Assembly: GCA_012026655.1 (NCBI GenBank)
Contig: JAAILG010001970.1
Coordinates: forward strand, 1 to 59,350
DNA from: Hydrolagus affinis
Lineage: Eukaryota
Direction of reading: 5' to 3'
Length of the DNA stretch: 59,350 bases
Under the pieces are notes generated by a model. It did no database searches, had not been told where the DNA came from, and saw nothing but the letters and a program-made list of their open reading frames with translations. Both the position numbers and the translations under genes were made by a program. Numbering within the stretch: position 1 is the stretch's first letter; each line of letters opens with the position of its first letter. Shown one piece after another: positions 37,841 to 50,711 of this stretch.

Positions 37841-38215
37841 TTGTATCTGCCCAACATAGTATTATAGTATAGGATTATAGGAATCAACAAATAACTGATC
37901 AGATCAAATGCAGTCAAATGTTTTTTGAATTCAGAGAGAACAGGAATTGTTCAAGAACAAGCCAGGTTGGTACAAAAGAGATGGACTATACATCAACTAA
38001 GCTGAAATAAGAAAACTAGTGATCAATAATGAGGCAGGAATTGGAAATTAATCTAGGCATAGAGGGACTAAAATTTGAATATGAGAAACAAAAACGATCC
38101 AGGCAAGGAAGAATCTGTAGATGTAACAAGAACATAACAAGGAAATAAGGAGTTAAAGGTTTAGCTTAAAGAACAGTGAAAGGAAGTGTAGATACTTGGG
38201 GGCTAGGGCAAAGTA

Positions 38216-38300
38216 CTTGCAGGTGAACAAGAAAATTCACTTACAGGTAGGTAGAATATTTACTTGTAGGTGAACAGAATATTGACTTGTAGGTAGACAT
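38216..38300. repeat. ~23-bp minisatellite, about 4 units
   Basis: Units resemble ACTTGTAGGTGAACAGAATATT. Confidence 0.8.
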
Positions 38301-39867
38301 TGGGACAGTCTCAGGTGGATAAATACCCATGGAAAATGTTTGTGGAGGCTTAGGCAGATGTGAGGATAGATGAGTATTCTGGACCTTTTAACCTGATGGC
38401 TTTTCGGATCAAGAACTAAGAGCATAATGTTTGCCAAGAGATGCAGTGTATGTGGGTGTGTGAGAGAGAGTGAGAGAGTGATTGTGCGTGGGTATGTGTG
38501 TGAGTGAGTGTGATGTGTGGGGTGGTTAAGGTGAAGCAAAGTGTATGATTTTTATAAGATTTTTGTGGACAAAGTGGGCTCAATAGACTGAATGGCCTAT
38601 TGATCCAAGCTTTGTTTTATTCTTGTAACTGTTTAATTTCTGGTTTCCATAAATGTAAAGCAGCTAATAACATAGCAGATTAATTTAGTGCAAGCATCTA
38701 GTTAGGGATCACAACACAAAAAGATGACATAACATAAAGATCTGGCCTTTCAGAATCAGTTATCTTCAAAAGAATAAAAACAGTTTAAATGCAGAATTTT
38801 TTTTGCTTTTAACCAATACAGTTTCATTAAAGATGACAAATTCTTGAATGAAACATAAAAGAAAAGTTGCTAAACACTAAGCACCTTACTTGAAAAGTAA
38901 TTGAATTGAATCAATTATTTAGCATGAAAAAAATAGTTATATTGATTACTTTAAGTAACTTTAGATGACTGTAATTAAATTACCAATTACATGTTTCCGT
39001 TGTAATTGTCATGGTTACTTTTATCTTGTAATTGCTACAAGCCGGGTATGTACTGGCTGTCTGTTAACCTCTGTGTAAGTGAGGCCCTATTTCACATGAA
39101 TTTAAATCAGTAACATTTCAGCTACTGCATTGCTATTAGTCCAACTATAGGAGCGCTTCACAATTATCTCAATACCCACTGCATGCTTTAAAAAACAACC
39201 TTAGGCCCCAGCTTTTGAAGAAGCTTAAACTATATGGAATTGTTTGACCTGCTAATTCAGCACGTTTACAGGCAGAACATTCTTTGCCACAAGTGGGATT
39301 TTAGAAAGTGATTTGCCAGATATATGTTTTGCTGTCAGACAGTTTCCAAGGGATACTACCTCTGGAAATTCAAAGATTTCACTAACATTTTCAGTACGTA
39401 TTTGAGTTGTTCAATAAGATTGGAATGCTTACTGTCATATCCATCACACAATAAGACTTCCAGTTTGAGGTTTGGCTGTAAAGCACTATAGTTGCCTCAT
39501 GTCAGTGGGCTAGGTGACGCTTTTGTCCTGTCAAGTGATGCACATGGAAAACTCCAGTCTTTATATGCTATTTTGGACTGTCCTTGCCTAGGATTAAACT
39601 ATGGTTGAGTGAAAATGCTTGTGTGGTATTCTGGACATCTCTTTGCAAACTTGCAGTATCATCTCGCACAGAAATGCAAGGTTGTGACAGTCAGTGAAGC
39701 ACTGTAGTATATTGGTAATGGGTTTTGAAAAGGGGATGTTAACGTGGAAAGAATTGAGTTCATGCCATTGAGACAAGTAGAGCACAAAGGAGCAGTGGAA
39801 TTTAAACGCTCCCCACCCCCCAGATATTTATACCTACCTGATGCCCCGGCAGAGGTACGTACAGGCA

Positions 39868-39982
39868 ACACAGTACAGATACACAGCCCCGGTACACATA
39901 CATAGTCCCTGTACACACACACAGCCTCGGTACACAAACACAGCCCAGGCTCACACACACAGTTCAAACCCACATACACAGG
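39868..39982. repeat. 18-bp CA-rich minisatellite
   Basis: ACACAGCCCCGGTACACA-like units, about six and degenerating. Confidence 0.8.
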
Positions 39983-42900
39983 GTTTAGGCACAGACATTC
40001 TTCTTGGACCGATCAGCCTGCTAATACCATCAGGGAAAATTGATGCAGCCACCCATCATTAATGTTTTGTTTGTACTGCTGGAAGCAATGAGATATCATT
40101 TCCAGCAGTGGAGTCATGTGGAGCGGAAACCCTTGAATGTCTACATGTGCCGAAATTGGGTGATAGGTTTTATTTTAAATGGTATTAAAGTAACTTAATG
40201 TTAATAAAATGGCCTTTTAAAGTTCCTGAACTGTCGAACGGACTGCCCAGGAATTTTTAAGGAACCATTCGGGGACAAAGCTGGAATCTATTTCCATCCG
40301 TTGCATTTATAAACAGTTCAAATTGAAATGTTGCTGAAATCACCTCTCAAGGTGGGCTCAGCGAGGGACTCTCTCCAGCACAATTTGCTTCTGTGTTCAC
40401 TTTCAATGCAAACACAGCATAAAATCCTGATGATTGGAAACATCCTTCCAGACACACAAGACAACCAGGCAAATCATTTATTTTAAAAGTAATAATTTAA
40501 TCACCCTCCCTTTGTTGCTATGGCACCAGCCACAGCCAGCAGCTGGTTGCCTGGCAGTGAACCATCATTCCGGAAACTATGTTGGGACGCCAACCTCTGT
40601 TTCTCTGTGAGGAGGGAGGCATTGTCATTCTTTGAGTTTGAAGTGGCACAGATTTGGGCAAACTCCTCGTATTGTTTCCAAAAAAAAGATCTGAGGCCCC
40701 AAATCCACCTGGTCTAAGCCCGCAGGACCATTTTGTCTTTCAATTTAAGTCTGTGATTAAAGTGATTTGGAGAAACTTGTCAGTTTATTATCAATTTGGA
40801 AGCTACATTTTTGTTCACAGTTTCTTTTGAAGAAACTGGCTTCCAAAATCGACCGTATTTAGGAATATTGCAAAATTCTGCACAATCTTAAGGTTCAAAG
40901 CAGAATGATCTCAGACTGAGATTGCATGGCATTCGAGGTCTCTATTTAGCCTTTGTGAGTCACTGCATTTTGTTTTACTCTTTATATATCCTTAAAAAAA
41001 ACACACATTATGTAATACAGATGGTGTTAATTTGCAAAAAATACACTGTATAATCCATGTCTTTATTGAGCGTAAAAGTAGTAGCATCTCACAGTTTCCC
41101 CATGACCTGAAAGTGCCAACAGTTGAATTTCAAGAGACTTGGAAATGCTTCAAAACTCTCACCTCAAAGGTTACTACAGCTGAACATCTGAGCCAGACAA
41201 CCCAACAAGTCTGAATTTCCCTGGTTCAGTCACTTTAAGGCAAACACAAGCCTCAATAAAGAGTAACTACACAGACGTAAGGATTCATGCATACACAGCA
41301 ACACTTAAAAGACAACAAATTTCAGTAAAATAGCCACTCTGAGGCAGCTTGAGCATTGTATAGCACAGCTGCACATGCATGAGTGCCCATGTCTGCACTA
41401 TTGAGATTTTGTTTGGGACTGGAGCAGGGTTAATTCAGTTTGGGAAGAAAAAAAAACCTATGTGCTTGAATGGAAAATTCAAAGTGAGCCCAGCTGGCTA
41501 AACGTTGGAGTCGCACACTATTTTTGAAACACACCAGTCTTTACGAAGGGAATTTTGGAAAGGTGATAACTGTCTGCAATTTGGCATTGAAAAATTTATA
41601 CACTGAGTCAAGAGTTGAAAATTCACTTGAATCTTGTTTTAGGCAGTGGGTTTTAATGGACCAAAACAAAGCTGCTTAAAAGCAACCTTGTGTACAATAT
41701 GGGTATGAAAAGAAAAACGCTGTTATGCTGCACTATTTGGGGTTCAAACAATAAATAATATCAGGGCACAAGGCTAAAATAGATGCAGTGGTCATTACTT
41801 CCTGTGAACTGTATACACATGTGCCAGCTTCCCATGCCATAAAAGGGCCAACTACAAAAAAAACCTGTGTGCTTGAATGGAGAATTCAAGAGTTGCTTCC
41901 TGCAAGCGGTGCATGCCAAGTGCTTCTTCCATATATCAAGTAGGAAGTGATGTGAACAGCGATCTGATGTCAATCATTTTTAGGTACAGGAATCTGGCAG
42001 TCTGCACACTGAAATAGACCATGGGTCCAAAGAGAATCCATCCAACAAGCCAACCCACCTTATAATGGAATTTGACGGCATGCAGAACTGATAAAGCTCA
42101 GGAACAGACTGGGACTTGTGAAGATCTCTACATCAAGCCTTTGCCAGGAATGTTCTAATATTAGATAAGTGAATTTGACTATGTATCTGAGATTTGGGAA
42201 ATATTGTTGGCAGATGCATCCGGTCCCTGGGGCATGAGAAGCCACCAAACAATACAACCCTGAGAGTTGGCAACAATTCATCAGCTTAGCTCAGAGCGAC
42301 CATAAGGAGAGATGATATGGAAAATAGGAACTTCACAATGCTGCATGGGTGGATGCCATTCAGAGGTTGGAGATTCGCTATTACCTAGTTAATTTAAGAG
42401 TTTCACATTGATGATCACTGCTGCCTTACATGAGACTATTTGAGTTTCACTGGCAATTAATGCAAAGTGAAAACAACAACAACAAAATTACATTTGTACA
42501 GCACCTGAAAACAATTTACTCCAGTGTTTTTCTCCTTTGAATAGCACATAAAATGTTATTCTATTTTTCTTTCAATAATCACATTAACAATACTGCATAC
42601 TGTAGGCAGTAAAAGTTAGGACTTGTGTTATTTCAGAAAACATTTGTGGTTTCATTTTCAGTAGGATGCAAGCCTCTGTTGATGATAATTAATCTAAGAA
42701 GTAGGAAACTACAGTATGACGATTAATAAAATGTGCTGATAGAACAGCACAGTGCTTGAGGTGTACAGGAAATCCCCCCAGTAGTTTGTTTGGGAACTCC
42801 TCTTCCCCACTTCCACTGTGATCAACTGTGGACTAAATAAGCACAACTTTCCTTGCCCATTCAGGTACTAGACTCTGGGTCTCTTGTCTGTTATTGTGCT

Positions 42901-45073
42901 AGGACCTAGTTCAATGTCCAATTCTATCCCTGACTGTCATGCTCCTGCAGCAGCAGCGACTTATATTTATCGCGCCCCCCCTTCGTGCAGGCCGCTTGCT
43001 CTTCACAGCAGGTGTGGTCTGATGCTGAGCTAGAATGGGAGGCGATTATCCGAAGACATAGAGTCAAAGAGGAAAGTCATCAGTTGTGATTGAGGCAAGA
43101 AGGTCCAGAGATTCCGGATTCTTCACCTTCCCAATCCCCTGTCTGCTCTGCCCTAGCTTGGTCCCACCGTTTGTCCTGGTCTCGGCCAACTTCTCTGTTT
43201 ATCTTGACCCAAGCCCCGGGTTCTATGTCCATCCTAGTTCTGGTCCCCATATGCTAGACTTACCTCTCTCCTTCTTTGTCTCTAGTTTCTGGTGAACAGT
43301 TGGAAATTTCTCTCGTCACTAAAAATATGGATTGTGACCATGTGCACTTATGATAGGAGTTTTCCATTGTAAGTTCACTTCATCAAAGACCTTACTCTCA
43401 GCTTCGTGAGGCAATATTTTTCCCAGATTTCCACATATCCAGAAAACTTGAGTGCTGCTTATATAGAGTTTACCAGTGGGGGGAGCTGCCCACTTGCTAC
43501 ACTGTCTAAAAATGCAACTGATTGGCTACAGAAGATTCTCCTCATGTTAGATTGACAGTTGGTCTTCATTTGAGGCTTTATGGGAGGACAGTTGGTAATT
43601 TAAAAGGAGTTGTTACACTTTGTGTGAGTCATTGTGGCGTATTTACATTCTAAAGAAAGGAATTAAAGATGTTGACAAATCAGTCCACTTTGGCACCCAT
43701 ATGTCGTAAATCACTTTTGAGGGGTTAAGAGGGCATGAAACGCTAATATATGAAGTCTGCATTTTCTCCTGATTAATTGTCATGAAATATTCCTAACTGA
43801 AGCCCTAAGTTACGGTATTGAGTATCAGGCAGCTTACCCATCTTTTACTTTATTCAGAATGTGCTAAAATTGATGGAATTGGAGCAATGAAAATGTGCAA
43901 TATGCTTGGCTTGTATTGTCCATGTGTTACTGGGTAGTCCATCAGTAGCAGGGTGCACCTGCATCCTGACTGTTTTACACTAGATTCATTGGAAAAACAA
44001 ACTCTTTAAGAGCCTTGTTCTAAATTAATGGTGTAAAGCCCCTTTTATAATATTTAATGCAGTCTTGTGCTAGTTGCTGGGTCAGCACTGTTTCACTATG
44101 AAACATAGTGATCAACCTTAGGTTGCACTGACATGAACATTAATCATGCACTTTTGAGAACAAAAGCAGATTTGTCATCTGATCATGAACTTAATAACCA
44201 AATAATATCCTCTGGATAGACACATAGTGAGGAATACTAGTTGGGGATATGGGGAAAAGAACAGTGAAAGGGTTTAAAAGATCTGCCATGATGTAAAACA
44301 CAAGAGTAATAGCTCAATGGGCTGAATAGCCTCTTCCTGTTCCCATAATTAATGTATGGTAGTCACAGCCACTAGTGCTATTTTCAGCCATAGCCTGAGG
44401 GGAGAATACCATGCAAAGCCTGGTGGAAGGCATTACAACATTGGTTCAGTGGGGATAGGAGAACAGAAAATGGTAACACATGGGTTAAAAGTTGAAATAA
44501 TCTCAACAACTATGTCAATTCATGGTTTTGAAAAATATTCAGCCAACTGCACTTATTGTTTCATTATGAAAAATAACAATTTAAGCCTCCAGGGTAACCT
44601 ATTGCAACCTCTGTGATATAACTATCTATTCTTCTATGTAACTGATCTCCTATTACTGACATTACTGGCTTTCCATTATTCCTGTTTGCGAGTTGGTGCA
44701 TGATTTTGAAAGAACTGTTGCAAAAGAATCTAGCTACAAATCAAATGCCAAGTCCAGTATCCAAGGGACAACTGATTTCAGGTATTAGAAAGTACTATAT
44801 AATGGTAGGAAAGAAGAATGAAATATTTCATTTGCTAAAGGATGTCTTGAAACAAACTGCACTTCAAGTTTGCAAACGTGTCTGTTAAGGAAAATACCAA
44901 TCTCTACAGTACAAATTACAAAATGCACAATGCGCCAAAGAGCTTGGGATTTGAAGTTTCTGGGACAGAATCCTGGTGAATGCACTCAAGGCATTCACCC
45001 TTTTGCGGTTGATAAGTGGTGTGTCTACAAACATCCTCACTCGATAGTGAAGTGTCGGTACCAGGAATGCAGT

Positions 45074-45145
45074 GAAAAATGTGACATTTCATAACAGATT
45101 TGATGTGCAATCACACCAAATCTGTTATAAAATGTCACTTTTTTC
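45074..45145. repeat. Inverted repeat, 34-bp arms with a 4-nt loop
   Basis: GAAAAATGTGACATTTCATAACAGATTTGATGTG-CAAT-CACACCAAATCTGTTATAAAATGTCACTTTTTTC; three mismatches. Confidence 0.9.
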
Positions 45146-45374
45146 CCCCGTAACGACTGGCTGTAGAACTGAACACCTCTGAATAAGTGCAATGCTTTAG
45201 AATTAAGGCCAATTTAACAAAGAAAATTGCCAACATTGTACCCCAAAGTTTGGAGGCTGTGAGTTATTTTTTAGATTATGGAGCCACCATTTGGGTTGTA
45301 CTACACAGGGTACTAGTTGAAGTATATCAATAACTTTTATCCAAACTCAAAAGCACTGGTTTGTGGATGATAAA

Positions 45375-45815
45375 TAAATAATTATTGCATTTCATATAGT
45401 AGTTTGTCAAATTTGCGGAAATGGCTCAAAGCGATGCACAGAATATACAGTAAAGTGTAGTGGCTATGTATTTGTAGATGACTGTTGCAGGCAATTTGCA
45501 GATAACAGCAATAACTCGCACTAATATAGTGTCCTCCATGCAGGGTATCATCTCACAGTGCTTGGCAGACAGCAGTCTCCCCAAAACAGCCATGGAGTGA
45601 AAGTCCGATTTTATCTATGGGGGGGAATTGTTGGCTAGGACATGAGAAGAAACTCTTTTTGAAAAGTGCCACAGGATCTTTAATGTCCATCTGAATAGGT
45701 CAGCCAAGACTATGTGTCAGCCAAGACTATAAGCTCAAAGTCCAAAGATGGATTTGAATGCATAGCCTCTGATTAAGAAACAAAAGTACAGTACTACCAG
45801 CTGAACCAACCTCAT
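45375..45815 (-). mobile_element. Degraded long-type Deu SINE with an inserted tail fragment
   Basis: Antisense tail TTGCATTTCATATAG..CTCAAAGCG; Deu antisense AGTGCCACAGGATCTTTAATGTCCATCTGAA; head antisense GGATTTGAA. Confidence 0.6.
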
Positions 45816-48406
45816 AACATCACCCTATGATATGTTCAGGGACAGCTCACTGTTGACTTATTTTATCTTTTTAAAGCATTGCATGGACATGGTGATGTTG
45901 TTGGTCACCGGATGCAGAGGATATGCATAGGCATTATTAACATGGAATTGCTTTCTCTGAAGACAGGTTTCTAAACCTGTTTTGAAATACTGAAACTGGC
46001 CTATGTCAGAATTTCCTGATTGGCTTTTTCTTATGAATTGATGAAAAGATCCTGGAATGAAATGATGAGCTGTCGCTAACTTATTTTCTACCTCTGCCCC
46101 TTCATTATTCTTTCAAGTAAAACCCAGAAATTACAAACAATACGATTTTGTTCTCACTACTGAAGGATACAAATGGAGGGGGGGTGAGGGGGTGGGGGTG
46201 AGAGAAAGGTATGACTGTAATTACAAACTACTGTGGATGCAGAGTCCCAAACTTTTTATTCCAAAATAACAAGTCAGGGAGGTAATACTGTACTGTACAT
46301 TGTTTATAGTGGTGTTGGAATGTCAGATTTATTGCAGATATTTGTACAATTACAGCTACTGGCCTGGCCGGGGGGCGGGGGGGGGGGGGAGAACTCATAT
46401 TGTCCAAATGCATTTGGGAACAAATTTCACCTTGGAGTGAATGGACCTGTAAGTCAGAAGGTGCCTATCAGATTAGAGTAAATGCCTGCTGCAATATCAC
46501 CTGTGGATTTCAGCTGTAAATCACAAGTCATCCGTGTTTTAGGCAGGTAATTGAATATCTCCCACTGTATGAACAGACTCAGGCAGCCTTCAGTATCAAC
46601 CCTTGGGGAACGCATTTAGTTTGGATTATTCTGATCTGAACTGAATGTGATCTCAATGGGGTTGAAAGTATAAATAGAACTTCATTTTTCTAGTTAAGCA
46701 ATTTTAAGCCAAAACTGCCTGCTAATTAGTTACAAGTAAAGTGATTTACACTATCTTACTCAGGAATCTAAGCTGAGTGGGAAGTTGATACATGGAATTA
46801 AATAGCTACCTTCTCAAGAAGTCATTCTAGAGCTGCAGCTGGAGGTTAGGGTGGAGATAGGTTAGCAAACTACAAAGACAAGTTCAAAGAAAAATAAAAA
46901 GTTGAAGATACCTGATAAATGTATCGTGAAAATGCCAGTGGGAAATGTCAAACAAATCAGGTCACTACAAATCATGTTATTTGAGAGCTTCAATAAAAAA
47001 AAGTTTAATTATGCATTCTCACTTCTGAGAATGTACGATGGAAAGTATGTTAGTAATGTCTTTCAGTGACCTACATAGAGAAGGAACTGATTCATAGCCA
47101 CAGAGAATCTTCAGGCACTCACATAATCTATGATCCTACATTTATTCGTAGACTGAGGGAAGTGAGGGTGTTTGGAATATTCTATTCAAAGTCACTCAGA
47201 ATTTGCTTACCAAGTGACTCTTCAGATGGTCACTAATCAACTGATACTGCATGAATTACATTATCCAACCTTGATCCAGTCAAGGACTCTTGGAGTTCAA
47301 CTGTCAATGAACAAAAAAGATCATGGCTCATGACACACAGCACCACAGATAGCTATTTATGAACATGATTTAGTATCCAACAATATGGTAACGTGATCAT
47401 CTGACATACTGTCAGCTTAATTTCTTACACACCGTACCAAGCGATGCTGGTTTGTGCATCTGTAGTGAGCAGACAAAACAAATGGCTTTGTTAATGAGTA
47501 GTCGTGTATAAATGCCAAGGTTGATGGCTGTACACCTATGTAATTCAGTGAGATCAGCAAAGTGCTGGAATGGAGTGATTTCTAGATAGTAGATTGTTGT
47601 GGTGCTGCTTTGAATTTGCAGATTGAATAAAAGAGAGATGCTGTTGTGAATGAGTACATAACGTTTTTGGACAGTCATCAACCTTGTCCCCTTCATGCTA
47701 TATGTGAAATTATGGGTATTTTTTGTGTAAATATAGCATTAAATATTACACATATTTTATATACCATAGTATTTATATTAACCCTAACAACAAGTGCAAT
47801 GTTACCTGCTTGTAACCCTATACGCTTCACTGAGTAATGTAGCTTTTTAAGACACTTGTATTAATCCTTTTGTCTATCCTTGGTTTGGAGTAGAAATACT
47901 GCGGTCTATCTCACACCAATTATACAGATGAGTTGTCTGGTTGCGAGTTTTATAATGGAATTTCCAATTACAAAACCATGGCAAAAAGATTGCTGGTGTT
48001 AGAGATTGGTGTACAATGGATCCCAACAATAATCCTGTTACTCCTTAAATGCACAATCTGGTTAAATCATTAGTAATCCTGTTATTAACACTGGGTGGCA
48101 CTGCTGGTTAAGAGGCTAATGATTTTATACCAAGGTGAGATCATTACTCAGATTGCCAGCAGATAATGCAATTGTCCAGATGAATTTCCATGGAGGTCAT
48201 CTTCCTTCATTGCAAAGACATTGACATCACTTTCGCTGGGATAGAAATAGCAGTTTTGTTTGCTGGCTGGCAATGTCTCTGGTGTTGGACATAGGCACAA
48301 ACTACTGCAGAGGAGTCTGCTGAGAGGACGTTATACAACATCACCTCCATTGGCCTCTTGGCTCTGAGAAAAGCAAATACTGTCAACCAAGAGTTTTCTG
48401 AAAGTA

Positions 48407-48989
48407 AATAATAATAATAATAATCCTTGCATTTGATACAGCGCTTTCCAATTCGTATCGACATCTCAAAGCGCTTCACAGAATATATTATAAAGTGAAT
48501 TAACTGTATATTTGTTGGTGAAATGAGGCAGCCAATTGCACCCAGCAGTGTCCCACAAACAGTTGTGAATTGAAATGACCAATTTTTCTTATTGTGTTTT
48601 TTTTGGATGGATTATTATTATGATTGTGGAGTAAGGAAACTTGCCCAAGGTTTCACCCTTATCTGCTTGGATTCGAACACAGGTCTCACGCTTGTAAGGT
48701 GAGTGCTCTAAACACTGAGCTACAGGACTCAACAGAATATACTATCAAGTGAGTTGACTGTATATTTATGGGCGAAGCATGGCAGTCAATTGCGCACAGC
48801 AACATACCCACAAACAGTCGTGGATTGAAATGACCAATTTTTATTATTGTGGTTTTTTTTGGATGGATTATTATTAGGACTGTGGAGTAAGGAAACTTGC
48901 CCAAGATTTTGCCCTGATCTGCCTGAATTTTAACACAGGTCTCATGCTTGTAAGGTGAGTGCTCTAACCACTGAGCTACAGGAGCTCCA
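48407..48989 (-). mobile_element. Two head-to-tail short-type SINEs (48407-48730 and 48731-48989)
   Basis: Both have A/B-box heads; the 48731-48989 unit lacks the last ~70 bp and the tail. Confidence 0.92.
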
Positions 48990-49639
48990 CAAGAAGCTTT
49001 GAAATAATGACAGAGAAAGATTGCATACACAGGATACACATACTAAAGACACCATGACAGAATTGGCTGCCTTGCAGTCAAGATGTGGGGCCAGAAGAGT
49101 ACTATTTATGGACTTGTTGGTAACAATTGTCCTCAATTTCAGTGCCACAGGCTCTTTCCAAAGTCATATTCGTACTTACAGTACTTGGCGAGTGCACAAA
49201 AACACAATAACCAATTTAAGATAGTTGACACGATGGGCCGGATGGCCTCCTTCTGTGCTGTATGATTCCATGATTCTATGAACAGCAAACATTAAAATGA
49301 CAGGTTACATAAAATAATAAAAACATACTATTTCTTGCCACTTCTTTTCTGTCAGATCAATGTATTTCTTCCACACCTCCGAGGTACAATTTTTGGTGGG
49401 CTGACCACATTGATTCACCTAATTATCCCTATCCAGGTTTCACGCTTAACATCTCTTTCAGCTTCCTGTACCAAAAAGCTCTCCATTATGATGATCTGAA
49501 CATGTTCTGAGAAACAACTCTGTTGCGTCGCTGGCATCTCTCCTTCTGCTCTTCCACTTGTTTTTATCATCATGTTTTCACTATGAGATCCATGTGAATA
49601 TTTGGGAATATTTCCTCACAATAGTATACCCGTTGCCTT

Positions 49640-49924
49640 GGCTCTACTGGGTCTTGTCTCCTCCTTGACCCCGAATCCTCTGTTCCACTGTCAGCAGCTG
49701 TGCCTTTAAGCCACTTCGCCCTGAGGCTCTGCAACTCCTTCCATCACTCCCTTTGACCTTCTTTCCCATTTTCACGTTGCGTCTAAAGACTTTTCTTTTC
49801 GACTGCGCTTTTGGTCACCTTTTTCCCTCTCCCCCTGGCTCAGCCCCGGGATCCGTTTTGGGAAGCGCTCTGAGACACCGTCTGGCATGGAGGGCACTAT
49901 ATAAATCCAAGTTGTTGTTGTTGT
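49640..49924 (+). mobile_element. L2 LINE 3' fragment
   Basis: ..LRLKTFLFDCAFG.. and a tail GAAGCGCTCTGAGA..CTATATAAATCCAAG(TTG)n. Confidence 0.85.
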
Positions 49925-49962
49925 TCTTTGCCAGATACATTTCTAATGGCAATAATTATCTT

Positions 49963-50140
49963 GTGGTCATTGGCGGCTTCAATCCATAGTGACTTATGGG
50001 ACACTGCTGTGCGAAATTGACTGCTGCATTTTGGCCATAAAATATACAGTCAATTCACTTTATAGTATATTCTGAGAATATCTTTGAGACATCTTGAAGA
50101 CATGATAAGGCGCGATATGAAATGCAAGGATTATTACTAT
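49963..50140 (+). mobile_element. SINE 3' half
   Basis: GGGACACTGCTGTGCG..CAGTCAATTCACTTTA..AAATGCAAGGATTATTA. Confidence 0.85.
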
Positions 50141-50404
50141 GTTGTGGGTGGTTCAGGAACATCTTTTCTGATTGGAAAGTTTTCTTTGCAGTTGCTATTC
50201 AGTTCTGATCCTTCTGGGCACTGGACTATCATTGACATGAAGGAATTTGGCTGCATTAACAGTTCCATGTAAAATACGTAATTCATAAAACCTGCAAAAA
50301 AAAAACCTTGATCTCTTTTTAGGATCCATTCACCAGAATCATCATTCTCAGGTTTTCCTGTTAAATTAAAGTGGAAGAGCATGTTAAGTCACCAGTCTGA
50401 ATGC

Positions 50405-50410
50405 TTTATT
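50405..50410 (-). terminator. Candidate polyadenylation signal AATAAA of the minus-strand gene
   Basis: TTTATT on the + strand, about 235 nt past the candidate stop, with TGTA upstream and T-rich sequence downstream on the minus strand. Confidence 0.35.
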
Positions 50411-50645
50411 AAAAATGATTCATTATGTTTGGAAATTTACACTGACCTTAGGCCAAATAAAGATGGAAATACTTTTCTGCCTTTAAACCCACCCGTCGTA
50501 AAGAGAATCATAGGTGTATTTGCTTAATTGATGGGTAATGTGCAACTAATTTATAAGATGATTTGTCAGCCTCAGCGCTGCAGGCCCACCCCAGAGTGTG
50601 GATATTCTAGACATCATGTCGGTTCAGGAGGTTACTCATGTAAGG

Positions 50646-50711
50646 CTACTGGTTGTTACAGTCTTCGAGCCGTCTTTGCCTTGCCCGTTCTAGAACTGCT
50701 TGTTCCTCTCC
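50646..50711 (-). CDS. Candidate terminal coding exon of an unidentified gene (GEEQAVLERARQRRLEDCNNQ*)
   Basis: Strong acceptor TATTTCTTCTCCAG|G at 50712; purine-rich, CpG-retaining sequence; helical-looking peptide in phase 0; TAG at 50646-50648. The frame is not proven. Confidence 0.4.
   Translation of the reverse strand, partial: GEEQAVLERARQRRLEDCNNQ

Noticed and set aside
38216-39982. CRISPR-like repeats
   Set aside because: Units are contiguous degenerate minisatellites with no unique spacers, in eukaryotic DNA.
39985-40740. Possible GC-richer MITE
   Set aside because: No convincing TIR pair or second copy found by eye.
43473-43486. CTCF-like CCAGTGGGGGGAGC
   Set aside because: Mismatch at a core position; a single weak match is expected by chance.
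46175-46389. G-runs as G-quadruplex elements
   Set aside because: Simple poly-G tracts with no supporting context; homopolymer length is also assembly-sensitive.
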